In this document: positions 21,648-30,328 of the stretch, piece after piece
Position numbering within the stretch: position 1 is the first letter of the stretch
How the letters are laid out: every line of letters starts with the position of its first letter
Source of the DNA: Candidatus Egerieisoma sp.
GTDB taxonomy: Bacteria; Bacteroidota; Bacteroidia; Bacteroidales; UBA932
NCBI GenBank assembly: GCA_045588775.1
Contig: JAZNEW010000061.1
Location: 31,884 to 95,883 of the forward strand
Length of the DNA stretch: 64,000 nt
Direction of reading: 5' to 3'
Made by a program: the position numbers and the translations under genes
The notes under the pieces: generated by a model
The model's database searches: none
The model's input: the letters and a program-made list of their open reading frames with translations, nothing else
What the model was told of the DNA's origin: nothing

Positions 21648-22169
21648 ATGATTAATTATAAATATGATATAATGTATCGTGCCGATTCGGACATATTGAC
21701 CATAGTGCTTACGCTCCTGACATTTGCAGCCGGAATTTACTCTTCTGTCAAGAAAAAGAGGAGGGAAGATGGCGATATGGTGGAGTTGGAAGGTGATTCC
21801 GACAGCCGGCCGGATCGTAATGCAATTGATGAAGAGTCTCCTTTTTTCTCTCTGCAGAGTGTTTTTGAAGAGATTGAAAGGGAGAGCGGAGAGTTTCCTG
21901 AAGACAATTTGGTAGTTGATACTGCAGAGAACGCAGTGGAGCAGTTGCCCGATATTGTAGATACAGTAGATTCTATAGATTCAATAGAGTATTCAGATTA
22001 TACACCCGATGATACTGCAGCGCAAGATGTTGTATCTGAATCAGATGGCGGCGCAGATAAGGAGAAAGCCTGCAATGTGGGACAAAGTCTGAAAGAGAGA
22101 ATAAAAAACTCTCCCAAGGATATAGTTCTGTTTGCAGAAATAATGAATCCCAAGCATAAAGAATTTTAA
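21648..22169 (+). CDS. Hypothetical acidic protein with one N-terminal TM segment
   Basis: TM 'ILTIVLTLLTFAAGIY' followed by a D/E-rich low-complexity region. No recognisable domain. Confidence 0.45.
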   Translation: MINYKYDIMYRADSDILTIVLTLLTFAAGIYSSVKKKRREDGDMVELEGDSDSRPDRNAIDEESPFFSLQSVFEEIERESGEFPEDNLVVDTAENAVEQLPDIVDTVDSIDSIEYSDYTPDDTAAQDVVSESDGGADKEKACNVGQSLKERIKNSPKDIVLFAEIMNPKHKEF

Positions 22170-22180
22170 AAAATATTTAT

Positions 22181-22188
22181 TACCTTTG
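22181..22188 (+). promoter_or_regulatory. -7 promoter box TACCTTTG upstream of greA
   Basis: Perfect TAnnTTTG, 50 nt upstream of the greA ATG. Confidence 0.45.
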
Positions 22189-22197
22189 CACAGAAGG

Positions 22198-22230
22198 GTC
22201 CCGAATAGAATCGGGATTCTTTTTAATTTT
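22198..22230 (+). terminator. Hairpin plus T-tract between the promoter box and greA
   Basis: GTCCCGA (22198-22204), loop ATAGAA, TCGGGAT (22211-22217), then TCTTTTTAATTTT. Confidence 0.4.
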
Positions 22231-22237
22231 ATATATT

Positions 22238-22711
22238 ATGTCAAAAATACACTACTTAACAGCGGAGGGGCTGGATAAATTGAAAGCAGAGCTTGCACAT
22301 CTTGTCTCTGTGGAAAGACCATCCATTTCAAAACAGATAGCGGAAGCCCGTGATAAAGGCGATTTGTCGGAAAATGCAGAGTATGATGCAGCAAGAGAGG
22401 CTCAAGGTCTTTGTGAATTGAAAATATCACAACTACAGGATCTGATTGCAAATGCAAGAATTATAGATGAATCAAAAATCAATACAGATCATGTTCAAAT
22501 TTTGAACAAAGTAAAGATCAAGAATCTTAAAACCAATGCGATAGTTGAATATACGCTGGTTGGTGAGAGCGAGGCCAACATAAAGGAGGGCAAACTTGCT
22601 GCAGCAACACCTATCGGAAAGGCCCTTATTGGAAAGAAAAAGGGTGATATTGTTCCGGTACAGGTTCCAAGCGGTCTTATCAATTTTGAAATTCTTGATA
22701 TATCTATTTAA
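22238..22711 (+). CDS. greA: Transcription elongation factor GreA
   Basis: 'GDLSENAEYDAAREAQ', C-terminal 'PIGKALIGKKKGD'. Confidence 0.95.
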   Translation: MSKIHYLTAEGLDKLKAELAHLVSVERPSISKQIAEARDKGDLSENAEYDAAREAQGLCELKISQLQDLIANARIIDESKINTDHVQILNKVKIKNLKTNAIVEYTLVGESEANIKEGKLAAATPIGKALIGKKKGDIVPVQVPSGLINFEILDISI

Positions 22712-22716
22712 TAATT

Positions 22717-23118
22717 ATGGCTTCTATTTTTACTAAAATCGCAAATGGAGAAATTCCGTCATATAAAGTGGCTGAATCTGAGAATTATTACGCATTTCTC
22801 GATATAAATCCGCTTGTGGCAGGACATACCTTGGTTATACCCAAACATGAGGTAGATTATATTTTTGATCTCGACAGCGAGGAGTATAAAGGATTATGGA
22901 TGTTTGCCAATAAAGTGGCAAAGGCAATTGATGTTGCAATTCCTTGCAAAAGGGTAGGAGTGGCTGTGCTTGGAATGGAGGTTCCGCATGCCCATATCCA
23001 TCTTGTACCATTGCAGAGTGAGGGAGATCTGGATTTCAGAAAAGAGAAAGTTCAGCTTGCTTCTGAAGAGTTTGTTTCGATTGCAGGTAAGATAGCGGAG
23101 GCATTTGACCGTTTGTAA
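22717..23118 (+). CDS. HIT family protein
   Basis: 'VPHAHIHLVP' histidine triad in a 133 aa protein. Confidence 0.85.
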   Translation: MASIFTKIANGEIPSYKVAESENYYAFLDINPLVAGHTLVIPKHEVDYIFDLDSEEYKGLWMFANKVAKAIDVAIPCKRVGVAVLGMEVPHAHIHLVPLQSEGDLDFRKEKVQLASEEFVSIAGKIAEAFDRL

Positions 23119-23141
23119 AAATTATTCAAGATAAGAGTTAT

Positions 23142-24293
23142 ATGAAAAAGAGCATTCTTATAGTAATGGCTGCGTTGCTGGTATTTTCTTGTGCCCCAAA
23201 AGATAACGCAGTGATAGATGTGGAGGTTCAAGGTGGCGGAGAGAAAGAGATAATCCTCTCAAAACTGCATGTGAACCATATAAATGTTGTGGATACTTTG
23301 ACTTTGAATGCAAAGGGTTCTGCAAAGTATAGTGTGTCTGTGGGAGAACAGACTCCTGATTTCTTCTATTTGTCGTACAACAAAAAGAGATTGGCATCAC
23401 TGATTCTAAAAGGTGGGGACCGTGTTAAGGTTTCTGTGGATACATTGGGTAACAACCTTTCTGTTGAGGGATCCCAAGAATCTGTAAGACTTGCCGAAGT
23501 TGAGGCTAAAGTTCATAAGTTCACTTCGCAGTTCGACTCTCTCTCTTACGAGTTGGTCTCTGCGGTAGAGGCAAATGATACCAAGAAATCAGACGAATTG
23601 CAATATGCATTGGGACGCCACTTCATACAATACAAGAGAGCGGCAGTTGCAGATATAATGCAGAATCCATATTCATTTGCAAATGTTACACTTCTGTATC
23701 AGAAGCTGAGTGAAAGCCTGCCTCTTTTTGGAGCAGTTACAGATGTTGCATATTTCAAGCGCGTTTCGGATTCACTGCAGACCATATATCCAAATTCGGT
23801 ATATGTGAGATCTCTGAAAGAAGAGGTTGCCAGACTGGAAAATGTTATGGCATTGGACAATAAAATCAAAACAGCACAGGAACAGGCATATCCGGAACTT
23901 TCGTTGCCTGATACACAAGCCAAAACCCAAAAGCTGTCGTCATTGCTCGGCAAACCTTTTGTATTGGTATTCTGGACAAGCTCAGTTGCACAGCAGAAGA
24001 TGTTCAATCACGACCTTAAAGAGCTTTATGCAAAATACAATCCTAAAGGTCTTCAGGTATATCAGGTGAGCGCAGATGTTGATAAAGCTGCTTGGGCAAC
24101 AATCGTTAAGGATCAGCAGTTGCCTTGGATTAATGTTTGCGACGGATTTGGTGTGCAATCAACAGCCTTGCATACATATGGCGTAACAACATTGCCTGCA
24201 ATGTTCATTTTCGACAAAGAGGGCAATATCGTGGCCAAAAACATATTTGATAAAGTTGCTCTCGACAGAGAGTTGGGCAAGCTCTCTTACTAA
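23142..24293 (+). CDS. TlpA/thioredoxin-fold lipoprotein lacking the CXXC motif
   Basis: Lipobox 'LLVFSC'. C-terminal Trx-like region 'KPFVLVFWTSSVAQQ' stands where 'FWASWCGPC' is expected. Confidence 0.7.
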   Translation: MKKSILIVMAALLVFSCAPKDNAVIDVEVQGGGEKEIILSKLHVNHINVVDTLTLNAKGSAKYSVSVGEQTPDFFYLSYNKKRLASLILKGGDRVKVSVDTLGNNLSVEGSQESVRLAEVEAKVHKFTSQFDSLSYELVSAVEANDTKKSDELQYALGRHFIQYKRAAVADIMQNPYSFANVTLLYQKLSESLPLFGAVTDVAYFKRVSDSLQTIYPNSVYVRSLKEEVARLENVMALDNKIKTAQEQAYPELSLPDTQAKTQKLSSLLGKPFVLVFWTSSVAQQKMFNHDLKELYAKYNPKGLQVYQVSADVDKAAWATIVKDQQLPWINVCDGFGVQSTALHTYGVTTLPAMFIFDKEGNIVAKNIFDKVALDRELGKLSY

Positions 24294-24298
24294 TGCTT

Positions 24299-25015
24299 TT
24301 ATAGCAGTTTCTTAGGCTTGCCTGCAACAAAATCTTTAAGATAGAAGGGTTCAAAGTATGCTACATCTTTGAACTCTTTTTTATTGAGCATATCTGCTGC
24401 AATAACTCTCATGCCAAAGGCATGGGGCATCTGTTCTGCAAAAACTGCATTAGGATGGTTGATCAGGGCCTTGAATTTCTCTGAGCCATTGCCGGTGAAA
24501 AGGACTTTGCCTGCCTCGAGTTCCTCCTTGAAACTGTTTTCGTCGAGGATAAGTGCCTTGGTTTGGGTAAGAGCCTCTCCATTTGAATTGAAAGTAGCAG
24601 TGTAGACCTCCATACGACGGGCATCAATCATTGGCACAATCAGATATGGCTCATCTTTTTCAATCTTGTCTTGTCCACTGTTTATCAGATTGTTATCTAT
24701 GGCGCATCTGGCAATGGTATCTAATGTGCCAACGCCAATGAGCGGTTTGCCGGAACCGTAGCACAGCCCCTTGGCACACGATACGCCAACTCTCAATCCG
24801 GTGTAGGAACCTGGCCCTTCACTTACAGCTATTGCGCTGCAATCCTGAATAGTGAGGTTATTTTCGGCCAATATATCCCGGATATATTTTGCAAGCAGCG
24901 AAGCATGTGATTTGGGTTCGTTGATATATTTCTCTGCAATCAGTTTGTCTGCAGAACTTATCGCAACGGAGCATGATTCTGTTGCTGTTTCAATTAGCAG
25001 TATGATATTTTCCAT
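24299..25015 (-). CDS. tsaB: tRNA t6A37 modification protein TsaB
   Basis: 'ILLIETATESCSVAI', 'VSEGPGSYTGLRVG'. Confidence 0.85.
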   Translation of the reverse strand: MENIILLIETATESCSVAISSADKLIAEKYINEPKSHASLLAKYIRDILAENNLTIQDCSAIAVSEGPGSYTGLRVGVSCAKGLCYGSGKPLIGVGTLDTIARCAIDNNLINSGQDKIEKDEPYLIVPMIDARRMEVYTATFNSNGEALTQTKALILDENSFKEELEAGKVLFTGNGSEKFKALINHPNAVFAEQMPHAFGMRVIAADMLNKKEFKDVAYFEPFYLKDFVAGKPKKLL

Positions 25016-25025
25016 ATAATCTTCT

Positions 25026-26264
25026 TTAATTATTTTCTGTTATCTCTTTTATCTCTACAATTGAGCCATTTTTCAGCTCCCTTGTTATTGCGCTGTATGG
25101 CCCGGTAACAATAAGTGTGCTGTCCGACAATCCTTCAAGTACAACTATATTTTTCATATCCTGAATGCCTGTCCTGACAATAGCAGGCTCTACTTTTGAA
25201 GTGGCTTTATCGTATATGAAAATATGCTCTGTGATACAGTCTGTCGGCAGGCTGTCGGTCAATCCGCTTCGTGTTGTAATGGCCTGCAATGGTACAACAA
25301 GGGCATTGTGGCATATTTCTGTCTCTATTCCAACCGATGCCGACATCCCCGGTCTGAATGGAAGAGGATTCTTTTGGAGAAGGTCATTATAAGATTCCGG
25401 GCAAATGACCACATGTACTTCAAAGCTTGTAACCTGGTCGAGACTTGCTGCAGCTCCACTGTTTTTGGCCGAATTGGCAATCTCGGTAACAACGCCCCTG
25501 AACTTTCTGTTGGGATAGGCATCAACCTCCACATAGGCGGTATCTGCAATACTCAACTTGATTATATCATTCTCGTTTACATCAACAAGAACCTCCATGG
25601 CATTAAAATCGGCAATCCTCATCATCTCTGTTCCGGCCATCTGGCTGGTGCCCACCACTCTTTCTCCCTTTTCAACCTCCAGCTTTGAGACAATTCCGTT
25701 GATTGGGGCATAAATTGCAGTTTTTTGAAGACTCTCCCTGGCCTCTTTAAGTGCCGCTTCTGCACTTTTTATATTGTATCTGGCATAGTTGAGCTGTTCC
25801 ACAGCTATTTCGTATTTCGAAAGTGAGTTCTCATAATCCGCCTTAGAAATGGCCTTTTGCTCATAAAGCATCTTGTCTCTTTTGAAAGCCTGTTCTGTTT
25901 GTGCCAGCTGGCTCTTCTGTTGGGAATATTGTGCCTTTACCGAATTTAATGAGGCTTGAGCCCGCTCTACGGCAGATATGTAGAGATCCTGTCGGATTTT
26001 AATCAAAAGATCACCCTCTTTTACATTATCACCCTCTTTAACATTCAGCTCTATAATTTCTCCTGAAACATCGGGACTTATTTTTATCTCGGTAACAGGC
26101 CTGATCTTGCCATTTGCAGGGATGCTCTCTATTATAGTGGTACGCTGGGGATATCCCACACTAACCGGAATACCACCGGAACCTCTGTTCTTGGAGATAA
26201 CAATCAGCAGAATCATTACTGCAAAGGCTGCAATCAATATATGTTTTTTCCGGATCTTTTTCAT
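25026..26264 (-). CDS. HlyD/MacA-type periplasmic adaptor (membrane fusion protein)
   Basis: N-terminal TM, lipoyl-like 'VSGEIIELNVKEGDNVKEGDLL', long coiled-coil, 'IYAPINGIVS', beta-barrel region. Confidence 0.85.
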   Translation of the reverse strand: MKKIRKKHILIAAFAVMILLIVISKNRGSGGIPVSVGYPQRTTIIESIPANGKIRPVTEIKISPDVSGEIIELNVKEGDNVKEGDLLIKIRQDLYISAVERAQASLNSVKAQYSQQKSQLAQTEQAFKRDKMLYEQKAISKADYENSLSKYEIAVEQLNYARYNIKSAEAALKEARESLQKTAIYAPINGIVSKLEVEKGERVVGTSQMAGTEMMRIADFNAMEVLVDVNENDIIKLSIADTAYVEVDAYPNRKFRGVVTEIANSAKNSGAAASLDQVTSFEVHVVICPESYNDLLQKNPLPFRPGMSASVGIETEICHNALVVPLQAITTRSGLTDSLPTDCITEHIFIYDKATSKVEPAIVRTGIQDMKNIVVLEGLSDSTLIVTGPYSAITRELKNGSIVEIKEITENN

Positions 26265-26270
26265 AAACTT

Positions 26271-27596
26271 CTATAATTTTATGGGTACTCCTCTGTAGAA
26301 GTCGAGTATTTTCAGCTGGAACAGATATTGGAATCCGGCCTGATAATATTCTGATTGTGCTTTTGACAAATTTGTTTTTGCCACAATATAATCGGTACCG
26401 TTTACAATTCCCACATCAAATTTTTGTTCCACATAATTGAATGATTCCTGACTTGCCTGCATATTCTTTTCTGCAGCATTATATTTTTCATAAGCTCCTA
26501 CAGCATTATTGTAGGCGGTAGAAATATCTTTATACAATTGCTGACAGGATTTTTTCAATTCAATTTCATTATGCTCCACATTAAGTCTGGCATTGCGGAT
26601 ATTTGTATTTGTACGCCATCCGTTAAATATAGGAATATTCAGACTGAACCCGATTGATGGGTTGCGGTTTTCATTGAATTGGGTCAGAAAGGCCTGCTCC
26701 CTGCTGTCGCTGTAATATGTTCCATACCCTGCAGAAAACGATAATGAGGGGTAGGCATTCCCCTTCTGTATTTTATAGTCGTACCTGCTTTTTTCAAGTT
26801 GCAGCTCAGCCGATTTAATCTGAGGCAGAGAGCTGGCTGCCGCATATATTTCATCAATATTTTTGCCCGACAAATCATCCATTATAAAATTACCCGAAGG
26901 ATACTCCACCGTAAAATCTGAATCATTTGGAAGATCCAGCAATTGGGCAAGAACCAGAGTATTGCTTTTGACACTGTTCCCGGCCTCAATAAGTTGTACC
27001 CTCTCATTGGCAAGTTGTGCCTCTATCTCCAATAATGTGCTGTATGCCTGACTGCCCGCATCAACCAGCTTTTTTGTGCGCATAACCTGCTCCTTTACGC
27101 TGTTGTAGCTCTTTTCCAGGGATTTTTCAATCTCAATGTACAAGAGTACCTGCAGATATGCTTTGGTTATTGCAACAGATATTTCATCTTTCAGCTTTTC
27201 TGAATCCTGTATTGAAATCTCAAGCTGAAGTTTGCTGCTTTTGAGGGCATTTGTCTTTGACAGGCCCTGTATTATCGGCATCGAAGCACTGATGCTCGAA
27301 CTGGTGCTCTGTGTAAGTTGGTTTGTTATCTGGAGATCGTTGATATTAACAGATTTTCCCCAGTTCATATTGTGATTTATTCCGGCATTTACCGTTGGAA
27401 TGAAATCGAGTTTGGATTGCAGGACATTGTTCTTGGCCTGCTCAATGGAGAGAGCCTGCTGCTTTATCTGCAAATTGTTTTTATGGGCATACTCTATACA
27501 CCGTTCAAGACTCCATATATCCTGTCCATATAAATGTGAAGAGGAGAGGATTGTGTATGATAGAATAGTGATTATGAGGGGTTTGATATATTTCAT
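26271..27596 (-). CDS. TolC-family outer membrane efflux protein
   Basis: Signal peptide, 'LERCIEYAHKNNLQIKQ' opening, two repeat halves, 441 aa. Confidence 0.85.
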   Translation of the reverse strand: MKYIKPLIITILSYTILSSSHLYGQDIWSLERCIEYAHKNNLQIKQQALSIEQAKNNVLQSKLDFIPTVNAGINHNMNWGKSVNINDLQITNQLTQSTSSSISASMPIIQGLSKTNALKSSKLQLEISIQDSEKLKDEISVAITKAYLQVLLYIEIEKSLEKSYNSVKEQVMRTKKLVDAGSQAYSTLLEIEAQLANERVQLIEAGNSVKSNTLVLAQLLDLPNDSDFTVEYPSGNFIMDDLSGKNIDEIYAAASSLPQIKSAELQLEKSRYDYKIQKGNAYPSLSFSAGYGTYYSDSREQAFLTQFNENRNPSIGFSLNIPIFNGWRTNTNIRNARLNVEHNEIELKKSCQQLYKDISTAYNNAVGAYEKYNAAEKNMQASQESFNYVEQKFDVGIVNGTDYIVAKTNLSKAQSEYYQAGFQYLFQLKILDFYRGVPIKL

Positions 27597-27649
27597 AATA
27601 TGTCTCCGATACTTTTCAGCAAAGGGATTTGCCCTAAATGCAAAGATAC

Positions 27650-27701
27650 AAAAAAGAAGTGCATATCAAGATTGGCATTGGTAAAACTTGTTATGCACTT
27701 C
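27650..27701 (-). terminator. Intrinsic terminator/attenuator after the peptide genes
   Basis: On the minus strand, the GAAGTGCATAACAAG / CTTGATATGCACTTC stem (15 bp, 1 mismatch, 16-nt loop) is followed by TTTTTTG. Confidence 0.55.
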
Positions 27702-27715
27702 ACGATAAAAAAGTG

Positions 27716-27913
27716 TTAGAACTTATAGTAATAGCCATTTATTGCCTGGGTGGCAATACACTTCTGACCTTTGTTCACAAACAGATAGACCAGTCTTGCC
27801 AAAGTACCGGCACACTGGGCAACCATTTCAACAAAGGCTGCCAGCTCCTCGCTGCGTCCTCCCGAGATGAGCGAAGATTCAAATTCTGAAATTTCTACAA
27901 TCCTCTTTTTCAT
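27716..27913 (-). CDS. Double-glycine-leader peptide 1 (bacteriocin/microcin-like precursor)
   Basis: Leader 'MKKRIVEISEFESSLISGG' followed by a 46-aa core with 2 Cys that ends in GYYYKF. The ATG at 27913 overlaps the upstream TGA (ATGA). The track start at 27925 adds MEKY. Confidence 0.7.
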   Translation of the reverse strand: MKKRIVEISEFESSLISGGRSEELAAFVEMVAQCAGTLARLVYLFVNKGQKCIATQAINGYYYKF

Positions 27914-28098
27914 ATACTTTTCCATCCTTTTTCAAAACCTCTTGTTATATCCTCTTTGTATTCAGATATGAAATCCACAATAAATTTCATGTAGCGGACA
28001 ATTCTGAAGAGTTCCCGCCATGCCGTTCCGCCTCTAATCTGCAGCTCACTCTCCGAAACAGATAACAGGCTGCATTTCTTCTTCATATTTTTTTCCAT
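27910..28098 (-). CDS. Double-glycine-leader peptide 2 (bacteriocin/pheromone-like precursor)
   Basis: Leader 'MEKNMKKKCSLLSVSESELQIRGG' (LSxxELxxIxGG-like) followed by a 38-aa Cys-free amphipathic core. Confidence 0.7.
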   Translation of the reverse strand: MEKNMKKKCSLLSVSESELQIRGGTAWRELFRIVRYMKFIVDFISEYKEDITRGFEKGWKSI

Positions 28099-28143
28099 AA
28101 TATAAATTTTGTGCCTACCGGAATGGTGCGTAGGCTGCCACCG

Positions 28144-28161
28144 TTTGAGTGCGCACTCAAA
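28144..28161 (-). promoter_or_regulatory. Perfect 18-bp palindrome abutting the ABC exporter stop codon
   Basis: TTTGAGTGCGCACTCAAA lies immediately 3' of the TAA at 28162-28164. A further GCCTAC/GTAGGC stem sits at 28113-28135. Confidence 0.4.
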
Positions 28162-30252
28162 TTATTGAATTATCATGATATTGTCGGCTATTGTTTTAAA
28201 TAAACTGTTGTGTGATATTATGATAATGGTTTTGCCATTTTTCTTCAGCTCTTTAATGATATCTGCCATGAGCAATTCCGACTCTTTGTCCATGGAGGAG
28301 GTTGATTCGTCAAAAATCATGATTTCAGGATTTTTGTACAAAAGTCTGGCTATTGCCAATTTTTGCGTTTCGCCTCCCGAAAAGAGCATGCCCTCCTCTC
28401 CAATATGGGTAAGAAGACCAGCCGGCAGCCCTGCTATTTTATCTTCAAGCCCTGTAGAGCGACATATCTGTATAACCCTTTCCATATCGGGATTCTCCTC
28501 TCCACAAGTGATATTCTCCAATATCGAGGCATTGAACAGGTAACATTTTTGTGGAACAATTGATACATATCTCCTCCATTGCCCTATTGGAATTGTTGAA
28601 ATATCGGTATCTCCGCAAAATATGGCGCCGTTATCAATCCGGTAATCGCGCATAATCAGGGAGACCAACGTGCTTTTGCCGCAACCTGCCGCTCCGTTGA
28701 GCAGAGTGATTTCTCCTTTTGGAATATTCAGATCGAGCTCCTTGAACAGCTGGTTGCATCCGGGATATGAAAATGTCAATTTGTTTATCCGTATGTTTCC
28801 GGGTCTATATTTCTCCCTGTCGGAACCCTTATGCAGGTATGTATCTTCCTCCTCAAGCTCCAAAATTTCATAAAGCCTTTCTGCAGAGACTGCCGCTTGG
28901 GTAATGATGGGATTCAGACCGGTTAAATTGGAGAGAGGTGTGCAGAACAGGGAGCAGAGCGTATAAAATGAGACCAGCTCTCCAATTGTTATGCTATTGT
29001 TGAAAACTGCAAATCCGCCCGAAACTATAATTGCCGATATCATGCCTTTTGATACCGCTTCGGCAGAACATCCGAGTATAATGCCGGCTTTTGCCGCCTT
29101 GTATAGATTTTTGGCAAGTTTGCTGTAACTTCCTTTTATTTTCTGTATCGACAAATTTTCGGCAGAATAGTGCCTGCTGCAAGCAATTCCCTCAATGCCG
29201 TGCAGCAGATCGGTCTCAAATCTGGCCCCCGATTCAGCCAAATGCCGGTTATGTTTTTTATTGATTGGCCCCGACAGGACAAACAGCCCGATATACACCG
29301 GAATAAATGCCAATGACAACAGGGCCAGGTTGGTGTTGTAGTGAAACATTACAGGAACCGCCACTGCAAGAGTGAAGAGACTCGTTGCAATGGATACAAT
29401 TCCATCCGACAAAAATAGTCTTATATTGAAGGCATCTCCTATACGGGAGCTGATGTCTCCCGGCTGGTAGCGGTTAAAAAACTCCAGAGGCAGAACCGCG
29501 AGTTTGTTTACATATCGGGTTATAAGATGGTTGTCTATCTTTATTCCATGAGTTGTAATGCAGATGTTTTTCAGATAGTTTATACATAAGCCCATAATGG
29601 CCAATATGATTATTGTTGCAGAGATGGCTGTAAGGGTGGAGATATCTCCATTCGGTATGGCATTGTCGATAATCTGTTGCAGAAATATGGAGCTGCTTAT
29701 CCCAATCATAGTTGTAATGAGGGTTCCGGCAATGGCAAAAAGGATCTCCCATTTATACAGGTATGCAAGTTTGAGCAATTTCAGATAAGTGTTTCCCTTC
29801 TCATCTCTCCTTTTAAAGTGGCCCGACGGAGTAAAGGTAATGATGTACCCGGTCCAGATATTGCAGAATTCAGGCCTGCCCAGTTTTATAAACTCCCCTT
29901 TGGCAGGATCCATTACCATATAACTCTCCTTGTTGATGCTGTAAAGAACCATGAAATGCAGCATGCCATCTTCTGTTTTGGTATGTATTATTGCCGGCAG
30001 AGGAGAATCTGCCAGAGAAGAGGAATCCCTGTCGGGCGATTTGTAGGCTTTGCAACTGAATCCCAGCTTATTGCCACCCTCGATCAATCCCTTTATTGTT
30101 ATACCCTCTTTTGTGCATCCGCAGAGTAATCTGGCCTTTGCAAGAGATATCCTCACTCCATGCCATTGTGCCACAGAGCACAGGCATGCAGCTCCGCAAT
30201 CATGGAGACTTTGCTGTTCTATTTTTAAATCTTTTTTCATTTGGGCAGACAT
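28162..30252 (-). CDS. Peptidase C39 domain-containing ABC exporter (bacteriocin-processing type)
   Basis: N-terminal 'QSLHDCGAACL' (catalytic Cys), 'LHFMVLY' (His), 'MDPAKG' (Asp). Six-TM core. Walker A 'GAAGCGKST', signature 'FSGGETQ', Walker B 'IMIFDEST'. Confidence 0.9.
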   Translation of the reverse strand: MSAQMKKDLKIEQQSLHDCGAACLCSVAQWHGVRISLAKARLLCGCTKEGITIKGLIEGGNKLGFSCKAYKSPDRDSSSLADSPLPAIIHTKTEDGMLHFMVLYSINKESYMVMDPAKGEFIKLGRPEFCNIWTGYIITFTPSGHFKRRDEKGNTYLKLLKLAYLYKWEILFAIAGTLITTMIGISSSIFLQQIIDNAIPNGDISTLTAISATIIILAIMGLCINYLKNICITTHGIKIDNHLITRYVNKLAVLPLEFFNRYQPGDISSRIGDAFNIRLFLSDGIVSIATSLFTLAVAVPVMFHYNTNLALLSLAFIPVYIGLFVLSGPINKKHNRHLAESGARFETDLLHGIEGIACSRHYSAENLSIQKIKGSYSKLAKNLYKAAKAGIILGCSAEAVSKGMISAIIVSGGFAVFNNSITIGELVSFYTLCSLFCTPLSNLTGLNPIITQAAVSAERLYEILELEEEDTYLHKGSDREKYRPGNIRINKLTFSYPGCNQLFKELDLNIPKGEITLLNGAAGCGKSTLVSLIMRDYRIDNGAIFCGDTDISTIPIGQWRRYVSIVPQKCYLFNASILENITCGEENPDMERVIQICRSTGLEDKIAGLPAGLLTHIGEEGMLFSGGETQKLAIARLLYKNPEIMIFDESTSSMDKESELLMADIIKELKKNGKTIIIISHNSLFKTIADNIMIIQ

Positions 30253-30284
30253 TTGTTGTCTGCAAAAATGGCCGGCAGTTCCCT

Positions 30285-30328
30285 AAAAAAGAAACAGAAG
30301 CGTAAAATCTTGGAAATTTACGCTTCTG
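30285..30328 (-). terminator. Intrinsic terminator of cvpA
   Basis: Perfect 12-bp stem CAGAAGCGTAAA (30295-30306) / TTTACGCTTCTG (30317-30328), followed on the minus strand by TTTCTTTTTT. Confidence 0.65.

Noticed and set aside
27638-27889. An 83-aa plus-strand ORF antisense to peptide 1 could be a possible immunity gene.
   Set aside because: It lies entirely antisense to the peptide gene and terminator. It has no promoter box or TM-rich immunity-like profile, and its composition looks like a mirror-frame artefact.
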